A model generated the notes under the pieces. That model was not told where the DNA came from, made no database searches, and saw only the letters and a list, made by a program, of their open reading frames with translations. The position numbers were made by a program, and so were the translations under genes. From a virus (Duplodnaviria > Heunggongvirae > Uroviricota > Caudoviricetes), in the IMG/VR virus record IMGVR_UViG_3300031853_000005, positions 53,469-117,468 of that record: a DNA stretch of 64,000 bases. The stretch is one strand, 5' to 3'. This document shows positions 35,957 through 46,278 of this stretch, piece by piece; the first letter of the stretch is position 1; the number at the start of each line of letters is the position of its first letter.

Positions 35957-36847
35957 ATGTTTGAGAAAGTAAATCGCCATCATCCAGATAAGATCGCAGA
36001 CCGTATCGCTGGTGCGATAGTTGATGTCGCATATAGAGAAAGCATCGATCCGAAGGTTGCATGTGAAGTCCTGATTGGTCACGGCAAATGCACGATTATC
36101 AATGAAACCAGCGAGTTCATCGATCCGAAAGAAGTTGAAAAGATCGTTCATCGTATTGCCGGCGAGGATGTCGATGTCAACTATATCGAAGTTCCGCAGG
36201 ACAAACATCTTTCCGATAACCAGGTAAACGGATTCCGTTGTGGTGATAATGGGATCTTCAAAGGTGTTGATCCGAGCAAGGAAGAGATTGCGCTTTCCAA
36301 TTTTGCCAGGTACATGGATTACTTCTTTGACAGTGATGGCAAGTATATCATTGCTGATAACACCATCACGGTTTGCCAGAGTGATCCTTCCGGCATTGGA
36401 CTTGAAAGACTGGAAGCCGCTGGATATGACATCAAGGATATTCCAACATCCGAGCTGATTCATAGAGTCGCAACGAATGTCTGGAATATGCAAGATCCGT
36501 TCTCGCTCAAGAAGAAGCCGATCAGATTCATCATCAATCCTCTTGGAGACTGGACTGGCGGTATCTCTGTCGATTCCGGTGCAACAAATCGCAAGCTTGG
36601 TTCTGACATGGGCAGAGGCGTAACTGGCGGTGGACTGCATGGTAAGGATTTGTCGAAAGCGGATGTGAGCCTAAACATCTATGCGTTCTACAAGGCGATT
36701 GAAACCGGAGAGCCTGCTGAACTGTGGTGCTCGATTGGTGATGATATCGTAGATGGCAAGACCTATTCCGAAATCGTTAAGGGTGCAAAGAAGATCATCT
36801 ATTCTGTTGGCGGATTTGAAAAATTCGCAGAGTATGGTCTGTTCTAA
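35957..36847 (+). CDS. metK: compact S-adenosylmethionine synthetase (MetK)-like protein
   Basis: HHPDKIADRIAGAIVDV..DPKVACE (cf. MetK EGHPDKIADQISDAVLDA..DPKARVACE), GDNGIFKG (cf. GDQGLMFG), FIINPLG, GGGLHGKDLSKADVS (cf. MetK signature GGGAFSGKDPSKVDRS); 296 aa vs ~385. Confidence 0.6.
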   Translation: MFEKVNRHHPDKIADRIAGAIVDVAYRESIDPKVACEVLIGHGKCTIINETSEFIDPKEVEKIVHRIAGEDVDVNYIEVPQDKHLSDNQVNGFRCGDNGIFKGVDPSKEEIALSNFARYMDYFFDSDGKYIIADNTITVCQSDPSGIGLERLEAAGYDIKDIPTSELIHRVATNVWNMQDPFSLKKKPIRFIINPLGDWTGGISVDSGATNRKLGSDMGRGVTGGGLHGKDLSKADVSLNIYAFYKAIETGEPAELWCSIGDDIVDGKTYSEIVKGAKKIIYSVGGFEKFAEYGLF

Positions 36848-36900
36848 AACTCCACCGAAAGGTGTTTATATATAACAAATATAATTATAGGAGTGATATC

Positions 36901-37539
36901 TTGGCAGAAAAAGTTAAGAGTATTTTCGAAACGCTGTATGCAATCGACGCTACCGACAAGGTAAAAAAGAAACAGGGACTCTCTTATATCTCATGGGCTT
37001 CTGCTCTGGCAGAGGTCAAGAAGGTCTATCCTGAAATGACCTTCCGTGTGATTCCTCAGATCATGGATGAGTTTGGCAATGAGCGTTTCTGGCATGAAGA
37101 TGGCAAGACTGGCTGGGTTGAAGTTGAAGTTACAATCCAGGATTTTCCGGTAAGAATGACTCTTCCGATTATGAATCTCCGCAATCAGTCAATCCCTGCC
37201 GGAGAGATCACATCTTTTGATGCGAATAAAGCGATGATGCGTTGTCTTGTGAAAGCTCTCGCGGCACATGGTTTCTCAATGCACATCTTTGAAGGCGAAG
37301 ATCTTCCTGAAGATGTCTCCAAGGCAAACGAAACTCGCGATAAAGTGGCGGAACTTGCCAAGAAGAAAGCTTCTCTGTCTGATAAGGCGAAAGAGAAGGT
37401 CGCAGAATTCTGCAAGGCTGCCGAAAAGAAAGCGTTCCCCGAACTTCCTGATGATGAAATCACAGGTAATTATAACAATATTGAAGATCCTGAGATCCTT
37501 GAATCTCTGGTGCGACAGCTTATGTCTGTCAGAAAGTGA
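36901..37539 (+). CDS. putative Rad52/Sak-family single-strand annealing protein
   Basis: TTG start after AGGAGTG RBS; position immediately upstream of SSB; weak similarity pattern GLSYISWA..ERFWHEDGKTGWVEVEVTI. Confidence 0.4.
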   Translation: MAEKVKSIFETLYAIDATDKVKKKQGLSYISWASALAEVKKVYPEMTFRVIPQIMDEFGNERFWHEDGKTGWVEVEVTIQDFPVRMTLPIMNLRNQSIPAGEITSFDANKAMMRCLVKALAAHGFSMHIFEGEDLPEDVSKANETRDKVAELAKKKASLSDKAKEKVAEFCKAAEKKAFPELPDDEITGNYNNIEDPEILESLVRQLMSVRK

Positions 37540-37548
37540 GTGTGAACT

Positions 37549-38007
37549 ATGGGATTTGGTTTTGGTCAGCTTGTTAAGGTCTGGTCGGTTGATACGGAGG
37601 CAAGCGAAAAGTATGCCGTTTGCAGCGTGAGCGCGTCGCAGAAGAACCGTGATGGCGATGGATACCAGGTGAACTTCAGCAATAAGTTCGTGCGCTTCAT
37701 TGGCCCCGCGAACACCAAGATTCGTGAACTTGAGATTCCTGAAAAGGGTCTTGACATCTTTATGGGCTACGATGACACCACACAGTACAAGGGCAAGGAC
37801 GGCACGTATAAGAGTGCCAATGTTATCAAGACGTTCTCCACGATGCATTGGGAGAATAAGAAGCCGGTTCCCGATGACGATGACTGGAAGACCGAACCTT
37901 ATGGGCAGTCCCAGCCTGCTCCCGCAAAGAGCACGAAGACCACGGCGAAGAAGGAAACGAAGGCAAAGTCTTCCGCACATACGGATGATTCCGAACTTCC
38001 GTTCTAA
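37549..38007 (+). CDS. ssb: single-stranded DNA-binding protein
   Basis: OB-fold-like N-terminus, G/P/T/K-rich linker and acidic C-terminal tail DDSELPF. Confidence 0.65.
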   Translation: MGFGFGQLVKVWSVDTEASEKYAVCSVSASQKNRDGDGYQVNFSNKFVRFIGPANTKIRELEIPEKGLDIFMGYDDTTQYKGKDGTYKSANVIKTFSTMHWENKKPVPDDDDWKTEPYGQSQPAPAKSTKTTAKKETKAKSSAHTDDSELPF

Positions 38008-38010
38008 AAT

Positions 38011-38661
38011 TTGCCGATGAACAACGAACTGATTGAGAGATACGAATCCCTGTTGAAATCAACCAACAGGGATGGTATCGACAAACTGATTGAGTTTATC
38101 AGGAAGTCTGATTTCTATACTGCACCTGCCAGTACAAGATTCCACAACTGTCATGAAGGCGGTCTCCTGGAACACAGTCTGAATGTCTACGATTGTCTGT
38201 ACAACAAGGTCAAGAGCACCGATGTCTTTAAGAAAGCTCTGAGTGATTCATCAAAGGAATTCTGGGATACGGATGAATTCGAAAAGACAATCGTCATTGT
38301 GGCTTTGCTTCATGATCTCTGTAAGATGTTCATGTATGAAGTCGAGATGAAGAACAAAAAGATCTACAGTGATCATGGTTCGAAGAAAGACAATCAGGGA
38401 CGTTATGACTGGGAATCTGTGCCTGGTTACACGGTCAACGACAGAGTTCCTTATGGTCATGGTGAGAAGAGCGTGATGATGATTGAACAGTTTATCACGC
38501 TGACGAAGGAAGAACGCTTTGCGATTCGGTGGCACATGGGGTTCACCGAGCCGAAAGAAAACTGGAACACGCTTAACGCTGCCATTCGTATATATCCTCT
38601 CGTCCTGGCGGTTCATGAAGCGGATCTTGAAGCGACATATATGCTGGAAAAGGAAGAATAA
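38011..38661 (+). CDS. HD-domain phosphohydrolase
   Basis: FHNCHEGGLLEHS ... VALLHDLCK (H...HD). Confidence 0.55.
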   Translation: MPMNNELIERYESLLKSTNRDGIDKLIEFIRKSDFYTAPASTRFHNCHEGGLLEHSLNVYDCLYNKVKSTDVFKKALSDSSKEFWDTDEFEKTIVIVALLHDLCKMFMYEVEMKNKKIYSDHGSKKDNQGRYDWESVPGYTVNDRVPYGHGEKSVMMIEQFITLTKEERFAIRWHMGFTEPKENWNTLNAAIRIYPLVLAVHEADLEATYMLEKEE

Positions 38662-39194
38662 TGGCGAAGTCAGATATTAAAATCTGCCCTTATTGTAATT
38701 GCCCTTTCCCGAATCACGAAGTCAACATTACAACAGATCAATTTGTTAAAAACAAAAGCAACAGATACTACCACAAGCAATGCTACGAAGAAGAGCAGAA
38801 AGCAAGCAGAAAAACCGCACAGGAAAAGGCTGATATTGCACTGATCATTGATCTTTGGAATAAGAATATCAGCAACACTGTGAACTATGGCTATCTGCGC
38901 AAGATCATAAATGAATATATGATGCGTGGGATATCATCTGATTATCTTCTGTTCTGTTTGGAGTATGTAATTGCGAATCGTATGTCTTTGAATTATCCAA
39001 ATGGATTCAAGTATTATGTTGACAGAAGAGAGATTAAGGATGCTTACGAAAAGAAGCAGACGCAGAAAAAACTGGATGCCATGCAGAAAGAATTAAAGGA
39101 GAAGAAACCTGATCATCCGATTGGTTCAAGCAATGCGCCAAGCTTTGCTTTGAAGAAACAAAAGGAAGAAGGATTCGGAAGTATTTTAAAATAA
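38661..39194 (+). CDS. hypothetical protein (177 aa), possible replication initiator/helicase loader given position
   Basis: ORF directly upstream of dnaB-like gene; N-terminal CPYCNC. Confidence 0.4.
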   Translation: MAKSDIKICPYCNCPFPNHEVNITTDQFVKNKSNRYYHKQCYEEEQKASRKTAQEKADIALIIDLWNKNISNTVNYGYLRKIINEYMMRGISSDYLLFCLEYVIANRMSLNYPNGFKYYVDRREIKDAYEKKQTQKKLDAMQKELKEKKPDHPIGSSNAPSFALKKQKEEGFGSILK

Positions 39195-39206
39195 GGGAGG
39201 GATGGA

Positions 39207-40550
39207 ATGGATATCGCCGAACTCTCAGATATTCAGAGCGAAAGCGGCATCATCGGCACACTAATTGCCCACCCTGAATATATTGAACACACAGAATTTT
39301 TACAGCCGAGATACTTCTACAGCCCAGAGAACCAGTTGATCTTCTGGGCAATCAGCGACTTGACGAAAGATGGTATCCAGACAATGGATGCCTACAATCT
39401 TTCAAACAAACTGAAGTCAAATAAAGCCGTACAGAAGAATCTTGAAAAGTTTAATCTGCCGAGCGTCCAGGAATGGATTGAGCGATACCGCATTGTTCAA
39501 AGGGATTCGCTGGAAGAGTATAAGACACTCGCCGAGGATGTCACGACGCTGGCATTTAAGCGCGAGTTGGTCAAATCCCTTGACAGTTTAAGACAGTCTT
39601 GTTTCAAGCGCGATACAAACCTGACGGAGCTGAGTAACAATGTCTATGGTCAGCTCGATCAGTTGACGCAGAAGTTTGTCCAGAGTGAAGAGATCAAAAC
39701 TCTTGGCGATGAGCTGGATGATATCTGGGCAGAGATTGAAAGTCGCAGAACGACGGATGGGATTTACGGGCTGCCGTCGAAGTATCCATCTTTTCTCCCG
39801 TATTTTACATATGAACCAGGCGAGTTGGTGTTGATTCATGCCAAGTATAAACAGGGCAAATCCGCTTTCTTGATGAATGAAGCGGTTCATAAACTCAGAA
39901 ACGGTGTTCCAGTCCTTGTGGTTGACAGCGAAATGTCAACTCGCCAGTACACAGAAAGACTGCTTGCTCATATCTCCGGTGTCTCAAACAAGAAAATTAA
40001 GAACGGCACTTACAATGCGGAAGAGAAACAGCAGGTACAAGAAGCGTTTGATTGGTTGAAGCGTCAGAACTTTGTCCACATCTATGATCCTGGAATGACA
40101 ATGGATAAGCTGTATTCTATCTGCAAAATGCTGAAGAGAAAGATCGGTCTTAGCTTTGTTGTCTACGATTATCTAAAGGACAACTCAGGATCTTCCAGCG
40201 AAATTTATAATGCGCTTGGTGCAAAATGTGATTTCCTGAAGAACAAGATTGCCGGTGAACTGGATATGCCGGTTCTCAGTGCGGCTCAGTTGAATCGTGC
40301 TGGCGATATCGCAGACAGTTATAAGATCAATATGTATCTGTCGGTTGCTATCAAATGGGGATACAAAACCCAGGAGATGCAGGTCAGAGATGGTATTGAG
40401 TGTGGCAACATGTACGCCAAGATTTATATTAACCGTCTTGGTGAGCAGATGCAGGAGGATGATGACTCTGACTACATTGATTTTCTTTTCGATGGAGATA
40501 CGATGACGGTCGAAGAAGCGCAGCAACACGTCCGCGCTGACAATTTTTAG
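39207..40550 (+). CDS. dnaB: DnaB-like replicative DNA helicase
   Basis: DnaB N-terminal domain pattern (IGTLIAHPEYI..NQLIFWAI), Walker A GELVLIHAKYKQGKS, RecA-like core. Confidence 0.7.
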   Translation: MDIAELSDIQSESGIIGTLIAHPEYIEHTEFLQPRYFYSPENQLIFWAISDLTKDGIQTMDAYNLSNKLKSNKAVQKNLEKFNLPSVQEWIERYRIVQRDSLEEYKTLAEDVTTLAFKRELVKSLDSLRQSCFKRDTNLTELSNNVYGQLDQLTQKFVQSEEIKTLGDELDDIWAEIESRRTTDGIYGLPSKYPSFLPYFTYEPGELVLIHAKYKQGKSAFLMNEAVHKLRNGVPVLVVDSEMSTRQYTERLLAHISGVSNKKIKNGTYNAEEKQQVQEAFDWLKRQNFVHIYDPGMTMDKLYSICKMLKRKIGLSFVVYDYLKDNSGSSSEIYNALGAKCDFLKNKIAGELDMPVLSAAQLNRAGDIADSYKINMYLSVAIKWGYKTQEMQVRDGIECGNMYAKIYINRLGEQMQEDDDSDYIDFLFDGDTMTVEEAQQHVRADNF

Positions 40551-40568
40551 ATGGGAGGCGCGTGATCA

Positions 40569-41576
40569 ATGTCAAAATACGATGGCGAAATGCTCAAAGA
40601 GATTGATGATCGCGCCGATCTGATTGCCTATATCCAGCAAAATTATGAAGTTGAACACCGTGGCGATGACCTATATATGCATTGTCCGAAGCATCAGGAT
40701 GATACTCCGTCACTTTCTTTCAGCATAAAAGATGGGTTTTATCATTGCTTTTCCTGCGGTCGCAGCGGTCGAATGATCTGGTGGCTGTATGATTACGAGG
40801 GTCTTTCCTTCGATGAAGCAGTAGAAAAGGCTGCGAAGCTGGCTGAAGTTGATCTTCAGACCATGTGTCAGTCTGATGCGATGATCTATCTGAAAAAAGT
40901 AGGACAGTGTTTCAGCAGAAAACGACAGAAGTTTCAGCATACTGTGATCAATCCTGCTGAGTACAACAAGTACAAACGTGCTCCGATTCCTGAATGGGAA
41001 GAAGAGGGGATTGATCCAGCCGTGATGAAGCTGTTCGACATTCGCCTGGATGAGAGGCAGAACCGCATAGTCTATCCGGTCTACGACATTGATGGGAATC
41101 TCATCAATGTCAAAGGTCGGACGCGGTATGATAACTATAAAGCTTTAAAACTTCAGAAATATATCAATTATTACAAGGTAGGTAAGCTGGACTACTTCCA
41201 ATGTCTGAACCGCAACTTGACATATGTCAAGGAAAAACGTGAAATAATCGTCTTTGAATCCATAAAATCCGTGATGAAAGCATATGGATGGGGATACAAA
41301 AACTGTGTATCAGCGGAAACGCATTCGCTGTCTGATGAACAGATTGATTTGCTGATTAAGCTGAAGGTTAATGTGGTTCTTGCCTGGGATTCAGATGTTG
41401 ACAAGTTCGACTCCGATGTACAGGACAGCTTAAAGAAACTGAAGCAGTTCACAGATGTGTTTTACATCAGCGACAAAGAGCAGCTTCTTGGTGGGAAAGA
41501 AGCCAAGAATGCCCCTGTTGACTGTGGCAAGGAAATCTGGGAAACGCTTTACGAACACAAAAGGAAGGTGGTCTGA
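40569..41576 (+). CDS. dnaG: DnaG-type DNA primase (CHC2 zinc finger + TOPRIM)
   Basis: CPKHQDDTPSLSF..FHCFSCGRSG zinc finger. Confidence 0.7.
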   Translation: MSKYDGEMLKEIDDRADLIAYIQQNYEVEHRGDDLYMHCPKHQDDTPSLSFSIKDGFYHCFSCGRSGRMIWWLYDYEGLSFDEAVEKAAKLAEVDLQTMCQSDAMIYLKKVGQCFSRKRQKFQHTVINPAEYNKYKRAPIPEWEEEGIDPAVMKLFDIRLDERQNRIVYPVYDIDGNLINVKGRTRYDNYKALKLQKYINYYKVGKLDYFQCLNRNLTYVKEKREIIVFESIKSVMKAYGWGYKNCVSAETHSLSDEQIDLLIKLKVNVVLAWDSDVDKFDSDVQDSLKKLKQFTDVFYISDKEQLLGGKEAKNAPVDCGKEIWETLYEHKRKVV

Positions 41577-41606
41577 ATCAGCGAATACAAAGAAGAAATC
41601 GATAAA

Positions 41607-42380
41607 ATGCGCTGGTCGTATTCAAGACTAAGCTCTTTCCGAAATTGCCCCTATGAATTTTACCTAAACTATATCCTGAATGATCCGATGGAATACCTAT
41701 CTGAAGGTAACTTCTATGCGGAAAATGGTTCTCTTGGACATGAAACGCTGGAAAAGATTTTCAAGAAAGAACTGCCGATAGAAGATGCGGCTGAGTATTA
41801 TGTAAACCATCTTGATGATATCTGCTATAAGACCAAGCAATCGATCATGGACAAGAAGATTGAATCATGTATCGATTACTTTGCGAATGTTGACTTTGAC
41901 TGGCTGAGTGGATATGAAATTCTTGGCGTTGAAAAAGAAATGCATTTCAAAATAGCAGGATATGATTTTATAGCATTCATTGATCTACTGATCAGAGACA
42001 AAGAGTCTGGTGAAATCATGGTGATTGACCATAAATCCAGCACATATCCGCTTACCAAAACTGGCAAGGTCGCGAAGAATCATGAAGATACTTTCGCTGG
42101 GTACAAGAGACAGGCATATATCTACGCTTACGCTGTGCATGAAGAGTATGGCAAGTATCCTTCTGTGATCGCCTGGAACTACTTTGCGGATGGTGGTCGA
42201 TGGGTTGAGATTGAATTCGATCAGGCTGAATACGAAGAAGTGATGCGGTGGGCGCACGAAACAATTCTTGACATCCAGAAAGAAGAAGACTTCCCTGGCA
42301 ATCCGCAGTTCTTCTATTGCACAAATCTCTGTAATTTTAGGCATTCATGCGAGTATGCGAAAATGGGTGAGTGGTCATGA
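41607..42380 (+). CDS. PD-(D/E)xK nuclease, Cas4/RecB-like with C-terminal Fe-S cysteines
   Basis: N-terminal RNCPYEFY Cys, IDLLIRD...VIDHKSS (D...DxK), CTNLCNFRHSC cluster. Confidence 0.6.
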   Translation: MRWSYSRLSSFRNCPYEFYLNYILNDPMEYLSEGNFYAENGSLGHETLEKIFKKELPIEDAAEYYVNHLDDICYKTKQSIMDKKIESCIDYFANVDFDWLSGYEILGVEKEMHFKIAGYDFIAFIDLLIRDKESGEIMVIDHKSSTYPLTKTGKVAKNHEDTFAGYKRQAYIYAYAVHEEYGKYPSVIAWNYFADGGRWVEIEFDQAEYEEVMRWAHETILDIQKEEDFPGNPQFFYCTNLCNFRHSCEYAKMGEWS

Positions 42381-45300
42381 GATATAACAACTACCATAAA
42401 CATGACCACTACGGCAATCCTTGGATCTCAGACGTTGTTGTAAAGCCTGAAGATTACATCAAACGTGCGCAGGAGCTTGGTCATACAACGGTCTTCACCA
42501 CAAATCACGGTGTTACCGGAAGCATCTTCGACTGGCTGACTCAGACAAAAGACACGGATTTAAAACTGGTGTATGGCATGGAAGCCTACTTTGTCCGCAG
42601 TTATGATGCGGATGAGGATGGTAAGCGAGACAGAAGCAACAAACATCTGATCATTATTGCGATGAACAATGATGGTGTGATGCAGCTCAATGATATCATG
42701 AGTACAGCGCATGGAGATGGTTTTTATTATCGAGCGAGAGTTGATGCCGACAGATTATTCAGTTTGAATCCGAGAGATTTTGTAATCACAAGCGCATGTG
42801 TGGCTGGAATCTGGGATGATCCAGAACTTCTCCTTGCCTGTAAACGACACTTTGGAGATAATTTCTTCCTTGAGCTTCAGCCTCATAACATTGACCTTCA
42901 GAAGACGGTTAACCAGCAGATGCTTGAGTTTAGCAGATCAGCCGGTATTCCGATTATCCACGCAAACGACAGCCACTATATCTATCCAGGCGATAAGAAT
43001 TACCGAGAGATTTATTTGCGCGGTCATGACATGTTCTACAAGGATGACAACGCAGTTGAAAGCGATATGATCCTCGACTATCCAGATGATGAAACAATCC
43101 TGGAACGATATGAGCGGCAGGGAATTCTCACAAGATCTGAAGCCGAGCTTGCGCTGCACAACACTTTGGTTTTTGACAACTGTGAAAAGATCACACTGAT
43201 CAATGATGACATCAAGCTACCGCAGATATCCAAAACACCGAACGAAGACCTGAAGAAAATCATTAATGATCGATGGCTTGAGGAACGGAAATCAATTCCA
43301 AAGGATGAATGGCCGAAGTATCTGGAAGCAATCCGAGAAGAAGTCAAGGTTGTAGAGGATACGCACATGGCGAACTACTTCCTGATCGACTACAACGTTG
43401 CGAAAAGCGCACAGGAAGAGTTTGGCGGACGTTTGACGAACACCGGGCGTGGTTCTGCTCCGAGCTTTTACATCACAAAAATGCTGGGATTGACCGATAT
43501 TGACCGAGTGGACGCGCCGATTACGCTGTTCCCATCAAGGTTTATGTCGGTTGAAAGAATCCTTGGAAGCCGGTCACTGCCTGATATAGACTTAAATACG
43601 GCAGACCGTGTTCCGTTTATCAAGGCTACCAAGAAACTGCTTGGCGAAGAGAACTGCGAGTGGATGCTTTCCTGGAAACCGCTTCAGTCTGCGTCTGCGT
43701 TCAGGTTATACTGCAAAGGATCTGGTATGAACATCTCTGAATACGACGATGTTGCAAAAGACATCGACGCATACAGAGAAGATCCGAAATGGAAAGACAT
43801 TATCAAAGAAAGCGAACGTTTTGTTGGGGTTATCGACAGCGTTTCTGAATCCCCATGTTCCATGCTTCTCTATGATAAGTCGGTTCGAAAAGAGATCGGT
43901 CTTGTCAGAACAAGCAAAGGTGTTCTGTGCTGCATGCTGGATGGCTACAACTGCGACAAATATAAGTACCTCAAGAACGATTATCTTACGGTCACAATCT
44001 GGGCAATTATCAAAGATGTCTGTGAGCTTGCAAACATTCCGATTCCAACGATCAGAGAGCTTGACAATCTCCTGGATGACAAGACATATAAAATCTATGA
44101 GGACGGTATAACCTGCACAATCAACCAGGCTGATTCGGAATTTGGAACAGGAATCGCAATGCGATATAAGCCGCATAGTGTTTCTGATATGTCCGCATTT
44201 GTTGCAATCCTGCGTCCTGGGTGTGCTTCGTTGCTTCAGGATTTTGCAGATCGTAAGCCATATACAACAGGTGTTCCGGAGCTTGATGATCTTCTGACGG
44301 AAGGAAGTCACAGAATGATCTATCAAGAGCTGATCATGAAGTATCTGATCTGGCTGGGAATCCCTGAAACTGGTTCTTATGACATCATCAAAAAGATTGC
44401 AAAAAAGAAGTTTAAAGAACCGGAACTGAAGGAGCTGAAAGACAAGCTTCTCGCTGGTTGGGTAAATCGAGTCGGCAAAGAAGAGGGGTTTAAAGAAACT
44501 TGGGATGTCGTGGAAGACGCTGCGAGATATTCTTTCAACGCAAGCCACAGCTTATCCTATGCTTACGATAGTCTGTACGGTGCCTATCTGAAGTCGCATT
44601 ATCCGCTTGAATACTACACAGTTGCGCTGAACTACTACTCAGGCGATGAAACCAGAACGATGAAACTCACGCAGGAGCTTTCATATTTTGGTATCAAGTT
44701 GAAGCCGATCAAGTTTCGTTTGTCCCAGGCTGGCTATTCCTTGTCAAGAGAAGACAACAGCATCTACAAGGGCATCGGGTCAATCAAACATATGTCGGCG
44801 CAGGCGGCGCAGGATCTCTACGAGCTGAAAGATAAGAAGTACAATTCATTCATTGAACTTCTTGCGGATATCAAGAATTGTTCCGTTGACAGTAGACAGC
44901 TTAAGATTCTGATTAACCTGAATTTCTTTGAGGAATTCGGCGAACCGAATTATCTGTTGAATGCGTCAGAAATATTCTACAATTTTCCTGACAAACAGAT
45001 CAGCAAAGAACGCCTTGAAGTATTTCATGTAAACGATGATGATGTGCGTCCGCTTTGCCTGAAGGAAACCGCAAAGATGTTTTCTCAGTACAACAAAATA
45101 GATCTTGTCACAGAGATTGTAAAACATGCGCCATATCATAAACGCACGTTGAAAGAGGATCTTGATGCGCAGAATGAATATCTTGGCTATTTCACGGTTT
45201 CCGGTGAGCAGTATCGTGGAATCGGATATGTGAAAGAAGTTGACACAAAGTATTCTCCGAAGCTGAAGGTATACGGTCTGAAACGCGGAGAGATGTTCGA

Positions 45301-45472
45301 CTGCAAGATAGATAAGAAAACATTTAATAAAAATAAGCTGAATAAAGGTGATCTGATCCGCATTACCGGACAGATTACGAAACCGAAATCCAGGCTGATC
45401 GATGGGAAATGGGAACCGATTCCAGACACATCAGACCTTTGGATTACAAAATATCAAGTTGTAAACATATAA
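42371..45472 (+). CDS. DNA polymerase III alpha-subunit-type replicative polymerase (PHP + PolIIIalpha core), 1033 aa
   Basis: N-terminal PHP motif YHKHDHYG, uninterrupted 1033-aa ORF. Confidence 0.75.
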   Translation: MVMRYNNYHKHDHYGNPWISDVVVKPEDYIKRAQELGHTTVFTTNHGVTGSIFDWLTQTKDTDLKLVYGMEAYFVRSYDADEDGKRDRSNKHLIIIAMNNDGVMQLNDIMSTAHGDGFYYRARVDADRLFSLNPRDFVITSACVAGIWDDPELLLACKRHFGDNFFLELQPHNIDLQKTVNQQMLEFSRSAGIPIIHANDSHYIYPGDKNYREIYLRGHDMFYKDDNAVESDMILDYPDDETILERYERQGILTRSEAELALHNTLVFDNCEKITLINDDIKLPQISKTPNEDLKKIINDRWLEERKSIPKDEWPKYLEAIREEVKVVEDTHMANYFLIDYNVAKSAQEEFGGRLTNTGRGSAPSFYITKMLGLTDIDRVDAPITLFPSRFMSVERILGSRSLPDIDLNTADRVPFIKATKKLLGEENCEWMLSWKPLQSASAFRLYCKGSGMNISEYDDVAKDIDAYREDPKWKDIIKESERFVGVIDSVSESPCSMLLYDKSVRKEIGLVRTSKGVLCCMLDGYNCDKYKYLKNDYLTVTIWAIIKDVCELANIPIPTIRELDNLLDDKTYKIYEDGITCTINQADSEFGTGIAMRYKPHSVSDMSAFVAILRPGCASLLQDFADRKPYTTGVPELDDLLTEGSHRMIYQELIMKYLIWLGIPETGSYDIIKKIAKKKFKEPELKELKDKLLAGWVNRVGKEEGFKETWDVVEDAARYSFNASHSLSYAYDSLYGAYLKSHYPLEYYTVALNYYSGDETRTMKLTQELSYFGIKLKPIKFRLSQAGYSLSREDNSIYKGIGSIKHMSAQAAQDLYELKDKKYNSFIELLADIKNCSVDSRQLKILINLNFFEEFGEPNYLLNASEIFYNFPDKQISKERLEVFHVNDDDVRPLCLKETAKMFSQYNKIDLVTEIVKHAPYHKRTLKEDLDAQNEYLGYFTVSGEQYRGIGYVKEVDTKYSPKLKVYGLKRGEMFDCKIDKKTFNKNKLNKGDLIRITGQITKPKSRLIDGKWEPIPDTSDLWITKYQVVNI

Positions 45473-45480
45473 GGAGAAAG

Positions 45481-45819
45481 ATGAAAGAGTTTAACATTAC
45501 CTTTGATCAGTTTGAAAAGCATATCAACCATGCGATTTCAATCATGCATCTTCAGGACAGTCTGTATGGTGTCATAAGCGATTATAACGCAAACCATCGC
45601 GACGAATTTGATTTCGGATATTGGCCGACGCTGCTTGATGATGTTGTGGATCTTCTTGAACTGCTGACAGATGATACAGAGAATCACTGGATTTCATACT
45701 GGTTCTTCGATCTTGACTGCGGCAGGACATATAAAGATGGCTGCATTGAGGATGCCGATGGAAACATCATCAAACTAAAATCAATCAATGACCTTTGGGA
45801 TGTTTTGAAAAACAATTAA
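45481..45819 (+). CDS. hypothetical protein (112 aa)
   Basis: AAGGAG RBS + ATG 45481. Confidence 0.5.
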   Translation: MKEFNITFDQFEKHINHAISIMHLQDSLYGVISDYNANHRDEFDFGYWPTLLDDVVDLLELLTDDTENHWISYWFFDLDCGRTYKDGCIEDADGNIIKLKSINDLWDVLKNN

Positions 45820-45850
45820 AATTATTTTTAAAGACAACAGATAAAAACTA

Positions 45851-45879
45851 TTGACAAAAGAAAATAATGTGGTATAATG
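45851..45879 (+). promoter_or_regulatory. sigma-70 promoter TTGACA-17-TATAAT (TGn extended), conserved family
   Basis: cagataaaaactaTTGACAaaagaaaataatgtggTATAATgacc. Confidence 0.65.
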
Positions 45880-45995
45880 ACCACAGTGTTTTGAAAGGGG
45901 TTGGTTCATTTGATTGCGGCTGACAAAATCGTATTGGTCTTGTTTATTCCGCTTCTGATATTTGCGATAATGAACAACAACTGGGACAAACCGGC

Positions 45996-46241
45996 ATGAT
46001 TCAGATGGAAGACTATTGTGTAGGCTGTACGCCGGATTTGCCGTGTATCGGTGAAGCCTGCCCATATAAGCATCCAATTGGTGTGCGATATTGTGACCAG
46101 TGCGGCGAAGTTGCTGATTACATAATTGAAGATGAAGATTACTGCGAAGATTGCGCGAAACAGTATCTTAATTCTCAGTTCAATGATCTGACGGTTTCTG
46201 AAATGGCAGAGCTGCTGGACATTGATTGTTCTTCAGTCTGA
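45996..46241 (+). CDS. zinc-ribbon protein (81 aa)
   Basis: CVGC..C..CDQCG..CEDC. Confidence 0.45.
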   Translation: MIQMEDYCVGCTPDLPCIGEACPYKHPIGVRYCDQCGEVADYIIEDEDYCEDCAKQYLNSQFNDLTVSEMAELLDIDCSSV

Positions 46242-46278
46242 GGAACAATAGACAATAACCGAAAGGAAGAGAAAGCCT

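Noticed and set aside
35597-36640. 347-aa minus-strand ORF
   Set aside because: Fully antisense to RBS-supported + strand genes with clear domains (Zn ribbon, MetK-like). No RBS and low-complexity composition, so it is a spurious shadow ORF.
43706-44548. 280-aa minus-strand ORF inside the polymerase gene
   Set aside because: Antisense to an uninterrupted 1033-aa PolIII-alpha ORF with PHP motifs; shadow ORF. The same reasoning removes 25495-26235, 33380-34120, 13779-14552, 47580-48212, 37276-37980 and 18000-18443 (all minus strand).
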